Origin: Candidatus Thorarchaeota archaeon
GTDB lineage: Archaea; Asgardarchaeota; Thorarchaeia; Thorarchaeales; Thorarchaeaceae
Reading direction: 5' to 3'
NCBI GenBank assembly: GCA_016840855.1
Contig: JAEORO010000128.1
Location: forward strand, 1-14,985
Length of the DNA stretch: 14,985 bases
The stretch's first letter is position 1, and the number at the start of each line of letters is the position of its first letter. Positions 7,500 to 14,985 of this stretch are shown in pieces. The position numbers were made by a program, and so were the translations under genes. The notes beneath the pieces were generated by a model that saw only the letters and a program-made list of their open reading frames with translations, had not been told where the DNA came from and did no database searches.

Positions 7500-8602
7500 T
7501 TTTGGCTCCTGCCCCCTTTAGCAAGGTCCCAGACTATTATCTGCTCTTTTCGCTTGGTTCTGTTAATTTTATCCCAGAGGCCACTTGCTGTTTTTGTGTA
7601 TTCCCGTTCGACCACATACGGATTGATCCAAGGAGCAATCTCTGTGAAGAATTCAGATCCCTTGATTAGATTTCCATGAACCAAACGGTCTCCTACAACA
7701 AATATAATGAGCGAGTGTTCATGGATTACTTTGTCAATCTCAACCAGCGCTCTCCTCATGTCTTTTCTATAAGTCGAGTGTCTTTGAATGAGCCCTTTCC
7801 GGACCAAGGCTCGATCCATATCAAGTATCTCAAGTACAATCTTTGAGTAGTAGCCTGTGTAGTCCAGAGCATCAAAATATGGAGGGCTCGTGTATACAAT
7901 ATCTATTGAATTCTCCTCAATGATTTCAGATATCTGACGTGAGTCATAAGTATGAATCTGTGCTGGAGGTCCAACATTCAAGAACTCTAGGTGCTTCTTT
8001 GCCTTTCTATGGAAAGTCGAGTAGAAGTCAATCTTACGAAGTGGGAGATTGATACGACCTATTGAAGTGGAGGTCCATAACCACCCATTGCATGCTCGTG
8101 CGGCAACACAAATTGCTCCATAGAGTGCAGAAAGAAGATAAGATGGAAAAGTAGTTGAAACTTGGACCATCCTCATGATTTGGTCTGCTGTATCTGGATG
8201 AAAGAACTTAGCAGGTGCAGTAGGCATTCTTGGGAAACTGGTTTGCGATTGAGCAGCAGATATTGCTGAAGACAGAGTATCAAGAACTAATTCTGCATCA
8301 ATAAGTTCAGTCTTCCCTCTAGCAATTATACACGCAAGAGGATTGTTATCAACGCCAATGGCTCTCATTCCATGTGCTTGAGCTTCATAAACGATTGTGC
8401 CAGTTCCACAAAAAGGGTCCAGAAGAACAGCAGTTGATGGGAGTTGTGAGATGACATGTGCTGCATCTATTGCAGACATCTTCCCTCGATAGGGGTAGAT
8501 GCCATGAATAGATTTTGGATTACTGACTTTGCTAAAATGATTCAAAGTGATTTTTGGGCTTGATTCACAGAGAACTCCATTGCGAACTCTTGGCTCCTGC
8601 AT
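7496..8602 (-). CDS. Amino-DNA methyltransferase (probably m4C), alpha class
   Basis: HGIYPYRGKM, with SAM motif LLDPFCGTGT preceding catalytic YTSPPYF. Start uncertain (ATG 8602 or GTG 8629). The stop overlaps the next start (TTGA). Confidence 0.88.
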   Translation of the reverse strand: MQEPRVRNGVLCESSPKITLNHFSKVSNPKSIHGIYPYRGKMSAIDAAHVISQLPSTAVLLDPFCGTGTIVYEAQAHGMRAIGVDNNPLACIIARGKTELIDAELVLDTLSSAISAAQSQTSFPRMPTAPAKFFHPDTADQIMRMVQVSTTFPSYLLSALYGAICVAARACNGWLWTSTSIGRINLPLRKIDFYSTFHRKAKKHLEFLNVGPPAQIHTYDSRQISEIIEENSIDIVYTSPPYFDALDYTGYYSKIVLEILDMDRALVRKGLIQRHSTYRKDMRRALVEIDKVIHEHSLIIFVVGDRLVHGNLIKGSEFFTEIAPWINPYVVEREYTKTASGLWDKINRTKRKEQIIVWDLAKGGRSQN

Positions 8603-8664
8603 AGTACTTCTACCTAGACAATACTTCACTAAAAATCTGCCCAGTTGTTTAGGACATCATGAAG

Positions 8665-9312
8665 TTAAATATCTCTACATGTTTCGCATCCAGTGCGAGG
8701 TCTCAAGCCTAGTCTTCGCATGATTTTACCACCCGGTAAATCTGAGGTTTCATCTTTAGCCGAAACCGTGTTAATTGGGATATTGCGGCGACCAATTTGT
8801 TTGAAGCCATAGGTCATGACAAGTAGCAGAGAAGGAGTATTTTCCTCAAACACCTCACAGTATACTTCTTCGACTCCAGATTTGAGAAAGTAGGTTGTAG
8901 CACGTTTAATCAAAGCAGTGGCAATTCCACGCCGTCGTCGAGCGGGATGTACGCCAATTCCAGTGATCTCACCATAGTTTGAATCTTCCTTTTTCTCAAC
9001 AAAACAAGCGATAAAGCCCACGAGCGTACCAGCCATCTTTGCCACAAATATACCTTCAGGGTCAAGCTTTTTCGCCTCATCTGGGGTCAAAGCACAGAAG
9101 GGGTCAGGAGCAGCAAGAAAGCATCTATTGTAGAGCTGTGTGAATTCACCAACTTCATTCAAATCAAGATTTTCAATCTTAATATAAGTTGGAGTTTCTT
9201 TTCCAGTCCACCGGTCCTCTGCAAGTTTGAGGGCTTCTTGAGCGTCAGCTTTCAGTATTAGGTATGATCTCACATCAGTCTTAGGTTGGAAGTTAGAGTT
9301 ACCAGTAGCCAT
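8665..9312 (-). CDS. GNAT-family N-acetyltransferase with a C-terminal CxxC tail
   Basis: Acetyl-CoA motif IGVHPARRRRGIATALI, then EVFEEN..S....YGF; ATG 9312 preceded by GGTG. Confidence 0.88.
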   Translation of the reverse strand: MATGNSNFQPKTDVRSYLILKADAQEALKLAEDRWTGKETPTYIKIENLDLNEVGEFTQLYNRCFLAAPDPFCALTPDEAKKLDPEGIFVAKMAGTLVGFIACFVEKKEDSNYGEITGIGVHPARRRRGIATALIKRATTYFLKSGVEEVYCEVFEENTPSLLLVMTYGFKQIGRRNIPINTVSAKDETSDLPGGKIMRRLGLRPRTGCETCRDI

Positions 9313-9345
9313 TGTCAACACCAAACTTTTGCTCCCAAGTGACTT

Positions 9346-10146
9346 CTACTTTGATTGTTCCATCATATCGATTGACATGACCACAGCATCAAGTGACTTT
9401 GCTATCGCTTCGACAAGTAGGGGGTTTTGTTCTCCAGTTTTTTCTTCCTCATGGGCTTGTTCAGTCTTCTGTGCTCCATGAAGGTTGCCATCACATGAAA
9501 GAATTGCTGCCGCCGCAAGACCACGAGTCTGAGCAAACGTAAATAGAAGCGAGGATTCCATCTCAACACTCTTCACTTTTGCTCTTGTCCATAGGTCTAG
9601 CTGGTTGAGCGATGGGTTCACATAGTAAATGTCTGAGGTCCAATTGATGCCAGCATGCACGCGTTCCGGTGGAAGAAGTTTCTTGATACTATCATAGAGT
9701 GCGATGAACCATTGGGGAGATGCTACTGCTGGATATTCCATTGGAGCATAGTTGAGGCTAGCACGTTCATCTCGTACACACGCTGTCGGTACAACTACAT
9801 CACCAGTCTTCACTGATGGGTCGATGCCTCCACAACTTCCTAGACGGATGATTATTTCGCATCCAAGTTTGGCAAGCTCTTCAATACAAATATGAGTTGA
9901 AGCGACACCCATGCCAGTTCCTGAGATAGTCACAGGTATCCCTTGTGGTGTAAAAGCACGGTAAGTGACAAGTCCTCGATATCTTGAGACCTCTTCTGGG
10001 TCTTTCATTCTAGCTGCAATCACAGGCACACGGTCTGGATTGCCTGTAATAATCACATGTTTCTCTACATCTCCGTCTCCAACTCTGAGATGAGGTTGAA
10101 TTCGTGTCTTCAATGGAATCACCTGATTTGAATCAACATCCAACAC
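9346..10146 (-). CDS. Nucleoside phosphorylase (uridine phosphorylase/PNP family 1)
   Basis: TGNPDRV, GTGMG, EEL..LG...IIRLGSCG, TSDIYY and VEMES. Confidence 0.92.
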   Translation of the reverse strand: MLDVDSNQVIPLKTRIQPHLRVGDGDVEKHVIITGNPDRVPVIAARMKDPEEVSRYRGLVTYRAFTPQGIPVTISGTGMGVASTHICIEELAKLGCEIIIRLGSCGGIDPSVKTGDVVVPTACVRDERASLNYAPMEYPAVASPQWFIALYDSIKKLLPPERVHAGINWTSDIYYVNPSLNQLDLWTRAKVKSVEMESSLLFTFAQTRGLAAAAILSCDGNLHGAQKTEQAHEEEKTGEQNPLLVEAIAKSLDAVVMSIDMMEQSK

Positions 10147-10167
10147 TTACTTTTACACTGTTCGGTT

Positions 10168-10332
10168 TTATGGATTCATAAACAAGTAAGGAATACCAGC
10201 AATTCTTGCCAGAATACAATCCATGCATACCCACTGTCCACTAATGAGAAAACTTCTTTCAAATCGGGGTGTGGTCGTGTCGCAAACATTACATCGTCGT
10301 AATTCGGTTGTATAGTTCTCTGTGAGGAACAC
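10168..10332 (-). CDS. Small C4 zinc-finger protein (about 54 aa; start uncertain, could extend to 10377)
   Basis: CNVC...VCMDC treble-clef-like pattern; fills the gap upstream of the phosphorylase on the same strand. Confidence 0.65.
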   Translation of the reverse strand: MFLTENYTTELRRCNVCDTTTPRFERSFLISGQWVCMDCILARIAGIPYLFMNP

Positions 10333-10503
10333 TAATAATAGAGACAGAAGTTTTGTGTTCTGCTGCTGAATTAACATCTAAGATCACATCCTTAGTATGG
10401 TGAAGATCTTTCCTTATTAGACCCACAGAACAATTTTCTAATAGTGCATATTTCTTAACTTAAGTTACGAGCTTCTGAAATTCAAGAAGGAGGTCAATAG
10501 CTT

Positions 10504-10875
10504 TTGAGTCAAGAGTTCAGATATTTCTGTTATCGCTGTGGTGGAGAGAACAGATTAGAGCTTCCTATGCCCAATGCACCAGAATACCATCATACTCACC
10601 TTACCTGCGCGAACTGTGGTGATAAGACAAACATAATTGTAAGCCATTGCCCGAGTTGTACTCGTTATGTGTACTGGATCAATGATATGTCCATTCCAGA
10701 GCTCGTTGGGGGTTTTGCTAAGTATATGGTTCACAATATGCAAGCGCTCATAGACAAGGCCGCCATCCAAGGGGCTTCCATAAGTATTGATACCCCAGAC
10801 ATATACCCAATCAATGCTACCTGCCCCTGTGGTGAACAAATTTCTGTCGAGATATCGATTCCAGACTTAGATTGA
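10504..10875 (+). CDS. Hypothetical multi-zinc-ribbon protein
   Basis: CYRC, CANC, CPSC and CPC; strong AAGGAGGT RBS before the TTG. Confidence 0.85.
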   Translation: MSQEFRYFCYRCGGENRLELPMPNAPEYHHTHLTCANCGDKTNIIVSHCPSCTRYVYWINDMSIPELVGGFAKYMVHNMQALIDKAAIQGASISIDTPDIYPINATCPCGEQISVEISIPDLD

Positions 10876-10890
10876 CCAATTCAATCCTCA

Positions 10891-11550
10891 TTACTCTTTC
10901 AGGCTTGACTTTGTATACCATGCACATACATTGTTGAGTGGACAAACACTACACTTGGGATTCTGTCTTAGACATGTTGTAGCAACGAGATCTATTATAC
11001 CCCAATATAGCTTGGAATCATGCGAACCCCCAAACTTAGCTACAAAGTCCCAAGCTCTGACGTCAGAGGGTCCGGAGAATTCCATTTCAAAGACTCGAGA
11101 GAGAAAATGAATTACATTACCATCAACTAAGGGTATAGCATCACCAAAAGCGAATATTTTGACAGCAGATGCAATATAATATCCCACACCAGGAAGTGAT
11201 TGAAGGGCTTCAAGTGATGTTGGAATTTTACCATCATAATCGTTCACAATAATAGATGCTGCCTGCCTGAGTTGTTTTGCTCTAGTTGATTGAAGCCCAA
11301 TAGAAACTAATGAACGCGCGATTGATGATTCGCGAGTTCTCGCAAGATGCTCAGGGGTACCATAACAGTTTATGAAGTCAACATAGATTCTTGATACTGC
11401 AGCAGCTGTCGTTCTTCGGAGAAGCATTTCTCCAATTAGAATGTGATAGGGGTTTTTGGTGTTTCTCCACGGAAAATTGCGACCTTTCTGATTATACCAA
11501 TTAATTACTAGCTCTCGTACGAGAGCATATTTCTTATTATCACCATGCAT
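10891..11550 (-). CDS. mig: HhH-GPD DNA glycosylase with [4Fe-4S] cluster, MIG (T/G, U/G mismatch) type
   Basis: FPWR...PY.ILIGEMLLRRTTA (Arg-Arg as in Mig.MthI rather than MutY LQQT), IGL, LPGVGYY (Tyr at the lyase-Lys position), VDGN and C-x6-C-x2-C-x5-C; no MutY C-terminal domain. Confidence 0.82.
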   Translation of the reverse strand: MHGDNKKYALVRELVINWYNQKGRNFPWRNTKNPYHILIGEMLLRRTTAAAVSRIYVDFINCYGTPEHLARTRESSIARSLVSIGLQSTRAKQLRQAASIIVNDYDGKIPTSLEALQSLPGVGYYIASAVKIFAFGDAIPLVDGNVIHFLSRVFEMEFSGPSDVRAWDFVAKFGGSHDSKLYWGIIDLVATTCLRQNPKCSVCPLNNVCAWYTKSSLKE

Positions 11551-11559
11551 TCAAATTCC

Positions 11560-12123
11560 TCACTCTTTATTGAGGAGGTCTGTAAGTAGCTTTGGAATTT
11601 TCAAAGGTGAATCTAGTATAGTCACTCGTTCCATCTCTCTAAGGCGTTGGACATTCTCTAAATCAATTCTACGAGGCTTAATTGAAAATATTTCACCATT
11701 GGGTCCAACTGTTTGTACTTCTTCATCAACTTGATCAACAGGATAAAGCACCACGGGTGTAGTTCCCTTCAATGTCTGAGCAACAGCATTAGTAATTAGA
11801 GTATCAGCAATTCCATGTGCAATCTTGGCGGTCGAGTTGGCAGTTAAGGGAGCTACGATAAGAGCGTCATACTTTCCTATCTGAAGAGGACCTGCGATGA
11901 AGGGCACGTTTGCGTTGGATTCTTTCATGACTTTCGAGAATGATGCGTTCAGCTCATCCCATAGACCATAAAGTCTAAGCATCTGTTCCCCAGACTTTGA
12001 AATAATTACTGTAAGACGAATGTCCTTATCTTCCTCAAGTTGTTTCATCGTCTGGATTATTTCATGGATTAGGTCGCCAGACCCGGTGATTCCCCAGATT
12101 ATTCGCACCAATGTAATCAACAT
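11560..12123 (-). CDS. afpA: Archaeal flavoprotein (AfpA/HFCD family)
   Basis: WGITGSG, ANVPFIAGPLQIGKYD and APLTANSTAKIAHGIADTLITNAVAQ; start may lie a few codons downstream. Confidence 0.85.
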   Translation of the reverse strand: MLITLVRIIWGITGSGDLIHEIIQTMKQLEEDKDIRLTVIISKSGEQMLRLYGLWDELNASFSKVMKESNANVPFIAGPLQIGKYDALIVAPLTANSTAKIAHGIADTLITNAVAQTLKGTTPVVLYPVDQVDEEVQTVGPNGEIFSIKPRRIDLENVQRLREMERVTILDSPLKIPKLLTDLLNKE

Positions 12124-12213
12124 TGACTATTCGCACTCTCAGAAATAAATATCCCCTAACAAAAGGTGGATATTTGAGAGGAAATTGTATTGCAATAGAC
12201 TGGGTTGATTGAG

Positions 12214-13218
12214 ATGAGCAGCTCGTTTGAGGTCAGTATTGGAATAACAACACATATGGGTGTAAGCGCAACAAGCTGGATTGCGCAAAATGCTGATTCA
12301 CTTGGGGCAAAGAGTATTTGGGTTGGCGAAGATATTGCGTTAGGACAGGAAGCTTTTGTTCTGACTGCAGCAACATTGCTCCAATCAAAGAACGTGCGAG
12401 TAGGTACAGGGATAATTCCAGTTACAGTTCACAATATTTCTACACTTGCTCGGACGGGTGTGACATTAGAGGAGGTAGGAGCTGGCAGGTTCGCATATGG
12501 TCTTGGGATTGGAGGTATTCAAGACTTAGAAAAACATGGAATTCATATCAAGAGACCAGTCACTGAACTTCGCAAGGTTGTGGAAACTCTTAGAAGACTA
12601 TGGGTGGGAGAAAAAGATGATACCAATAGTGAGCTGTTTTCGTTACGAGGATTTAGCCTTGAGTTAGCTAATCCAATTAATATTCCAATTTTCTTGGGAG
12701 TGAGGGGACCTCAAATGCTGAATCTATCTGGTGAAATCGCTGATGGAGTTATTTTGTCAGGACCATTTGACTATCTTCGTTACGCGATTGAGATGGTTAA
12801 TAGTGCCGCAAAAAATGTGGGAAGGGAAGAGAACGAGGTTGAGAAAGTAATTTGGGTTCCAACAATTCCAACCTTTAAAGGCATAGAGGAAAAAGTAGCT
12901 CAGAGAGTTGTCGCTCTAGTAATCGCTGACACACCTGATGCTGTTCTTGATATGCTCTCAGTGGATAGAGAAAAAGTGAATCAGATTAGAGAGATTGTTG
13001 CTTCATCTAGTCCAAAAGAGGGGGCGGAGTTTGTAGATGATGAGCTACTTGATGTCTTCTCAATAAGTGGTACGAGAGAGCATATGGTTGATCGATTTCA
13101 GAATTTATCTGAAATCGGTGCTACTGAAGTTGTGGTTGGACCTCCATTCTCAGGAGATTGGAGAGAAGCACTAGTCGAGATTTTTGAAGAAGCTGATTCT
13201 AGGAGGAAAACAGCATGA
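12214..13218 (+). CDS. LLM-class (luciferase-like, Mer-like) flavin/F420-dependent oxidoreductase
   Basis: IWVGED, VRVGTGII, GRFAYGLGIG, IPIFLGVRGPQMLNLSGEIADGVIL and VVGPP; start at TTG 12205 or ATG 12214. Confidence 0.88.
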   Translation: MSSSFEVSIGITTHMGVSATSWIAQNADSLGAKSIWVGEDIALGQEAFVLTAATLLQSKNVRVGTGIIPVTVHNISTLARTGVTLEEVGAGRFAYGLGIGGIQDLEKHGIHIKRPVTELRKVVETLRRLWVGEKDDTNSELFSLRGFSLELANPINIPIFLGVRGPQMLNLSGEIADGVILSGPFDYLRYAIEMVNSAAKNVGREENEVEKVIWVPTIPTFKGIEEKVAQRVVALVIADTPDAVLDMLSVDREKVNQIREIVASSSPKEGAEFVDDELLDVFSISGTREHMVDRFQNLSEIGATEVVVGPPFSGDWREALVEIFEEADSRRKTA

Positions 13219-14126
13219 GGTGGGGAGTTGCACTTAATGTTAGAAATACGCTGTCAGACACTTTGCAAAAGGCAGAAACTGCTGATCAGGGTGGAATTGA
13301 TCAGATTTGGGTAACCGACTTCCCAGCAGCTCGATATGCACCAGCTGTTGCAGCCGCAATTGCTGAAAGAACAAACCAATGTAGAATTGGCGTTGGTTTA
13401 GTAAGTCCTCTTTTATACTCAACCACGCAGATTGTGCAATTTATGTCAACATTGATTGATAACTATGGCAATCGTTTCGATTTGCTACTTGGTCCTGGAG
13501 ACAGACACGCACTTGCTAATATTGGAGTTTCATTTTCTCCAGTGCTCGTAGTTGAAAAAATCAAGAATACTCTGACAGAGATAAAACATAGACTGGCAAG
13601 TGCAGGATATAGAAGTTCAGTTCTTTTTGGAGCTCAAGGTCCAAGCATGCTCAAAATATCTTTGCATGCAGATGGAGTCCTTCTAAACTATTCAGACATT
13701 GAAATGGTATCTTGGGCATTAGGTCAGATTACGAAGAGAACTCCAAAAGATTTTCAGCTTGGTATCTTTCCTCCAACATTTGTGGGTGACTGCGAGGATA
13801 TCGAGAAGATTCAAGGAGTAGCAATCTCAGCAGCAATGGTAGCTATTGGATTAAGTAGTGTTGTGAGTGAATCATTTGGCCTTCGCAATCAGATAAAGGC
13901 AGCTAGGGATTTACTGAAAAAGCGAGGTCGTGTAGATTCAGATATTATTAATACACTGGGGAAAGAAGTCCTCCAGAGGTTTGCTTTTTGCGGATCTATT
14001 GAACAGCTCATTGATTATGTGATGGCTTTAGAAGAGCTTAATATTTCGTCAGTTGTTTTTGGACCTCCACAAGGAACCAGGAAAAACGGTGTGGACATTC
14101 TAGTAGAAGCAAAATCAAGGTTCTGA
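13215..14126 (+). CDS. Second, more divergent LLM-class oxidoreductase
   Basis: IWVTD, RIGVGLVSP, LLLGPGD, GAQGPSML..ADGVLLN and VFGPP; ATGA overlap with the upstream paralog. Confidence 0.85.
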   Translation: MRWGVALNVRNTLSDTLQKAETADQGGIDQIWVTDFPAARYAPAVAAAIAERTNQCRIGVGLVSPLLYSTTQIVQFMSTLIDNYGNRFDLLLGPGDRHALANIGVSFSPVLVVEKIKNTLTEIKHRLASAGYRSSVLFGAQGPSMLKISLHADGVLLNYSDIEMVSWALGQITKRTPKDFQLGIFPPTFVGDCEDIEKIQGVAISAAMVAIGLSSVVSESFGLRNQIKAARDLLKKRGRVDSDIINTLGKEVLQRFAFCGSIEQLIDYVMALEELNISSVVFGPPQGTRKNGVDILVEAKSRF

Positions 14127-14132
14127 AGAGAG

Positions 14133-14985
14133 CTAGGGAGGGAGGTAGTGCCGAAGGTCAACATCTTCGGGTTTCACAGACCAGACACCATTTTCATAGA
14201 CCCAATTCCTAGTTAGGTCTATAGTGGACCTAGAGCCACGCTGACTTATTGTCATGATAGGTTGAACTATGTCTACACCACTCATTTGTTGAAGAGCCCG
14301 AAATACTTGATAGTACTCTACCTGATGACTTGCTGGTACACTAGTCCAAACAATTATACCACGTGCCGAGAGATAATACATTGTCGACGGGAAGGTGACT
14401 ATTGTTGAGAGAATCCGATCTCTCCACGCCTCATTGCAGACGATTTCGAAGCAGAAATTGGATGATAGTCCAAGGCCAGATGTCGTAATATATGGAAGAA
14501 TCAGAGAACGGTTGTTGAGTTTGTGAATGACATGAGCAACACGGCGAGGATCAATAGTCCATCCATATGTAGATAGGGTTTTGCTGATTTTACTTGGAGG
14601 AGCTCGTACATCGAGCTGAAGTTGTGTCCCAACAGCTAATTCCACTTCACCAAATTCAGATTGTACGCCTTTGCACATAACTAATACTGGCAGTTTCTCA
14701 ATATCCTGCATCTCTTCTTCAAAGGGAGACTCGATGACTCTAGCTAGAGTCCACTGACCATCTTCGAAAAGAGAGAGATTTAATCTTGCACCTGACCCCG
14801 TCTGATAATGAAGACTAGAATAGTCAAAGTAGGTCTTTGATACCGATCTTATTGAATCATGAAAGGCTGACAGATTTCGTTTCAGATTGGGGATCATGAA
14901 ACTTACATATCCAAGTTCAGTCATTGTGGTCTTGAGAAGAGTCTTCGTGAACCTATATTCAGCAAATCCTTGTTCCACCTCAGCC
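14133..14985 (-). CDS. Hypothetical protein, 5'-truncated by the window edge
   Basis: The frame stays open to the right edge (GCT GAG GTG...). The C-terminal part is weakly reminiscent of an HTH followed by an Lrp/AsnC-like alpha/beta domain. Confidence 0.7.
   Translation of the reverse strand, partial: AEVEQGFAEYRFTKTLLKTTMTELGYVSFMIPNLKRNLSAFHDSIRSVSKTYFDYSSLHYQTGSGARLNLSLFEDGQWTLARVIESPFEEEMQDIEKLPVLVMCKGVQSEFGEVELAVGTQLQLDVRAPPSKISKTLSTYGWTIDPRRVAHVIHKLNNRSLILPYITTSGLGLSSNFCFEIVCNEAWRDRILSTIVTFPSTMYYLSARGIIVWTSVPASHQVEYYQVFRALQQMSGVDIVQPIMTISQRGSRSTIDLTRNWVYENGVWSVKPEDVDLRHYLPP

Noticed and set aside
1249-13422. Other short overlapping ORFs in the track (e.g. 1249-1614, 1821-2066, 6158-6568, 7165-7679, 10555-10839, 12318-12566, 13240-13422)
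   Set aside because: They lie within well-supported genes in other frames or strands and show no recognisable motifs.
10873-14126. Selenocysteine readthrough at TGA stops (10873-10875, 11560-11562, 14124-14126)
   Set aside because: The proteins look complete at these stops, neighbouring genes follow closely, and no SECIS-like element was recognised.
1-14985. CRISPR array or tandem repeats
   Set aside because: No regularly spaced direct repeats were seen; intergenic gaps outside the rRNA leader are too short.

Overview
Gene-dense archaeal chromosomal window. The 23S sequence, GGTGA/GGAGG ribosome-binding sites, TATA/BRE promoters, frequent TTG starts and the mix of WD40, Zn-finger and F420-type genes suggest an Asgard (Thorarchaeota-like) genome; this assignment is inference. 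The window opens with the 5' end of a minus-strand 23S rRNA gene. It has its own promoter(s) and a structured leader of about 430 nt, with no 16S or tRNA-Ala upstream. Next is a bacterial-type RNase PH gene. Divergent from it are a nucleotidyltransferase with two HEPN-like helical repeats and a ~190-aa basic protein resembling the WED/REC half of TnpB/Cas12f, with no RuvC domain and no transposon context. The rest encodes a WD40 protein, an M28/glutaminyl-cyclase-like membrane enzyme, a geranylgeranyl reductase, two coupled amino-DNA methyltransferases with no adjacent restriction enzyme, a GNAT, a nucleoside phosphorylase, two Zn-finger proteins, a MIG-type T/G glycosylase, an AfpA-type flavoprotein, two coupled LLM/Mer-like oxidoreductases and a hypothetical gene cut by the window edge. 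All family calls come from motif recognition by eye; no searches were run.
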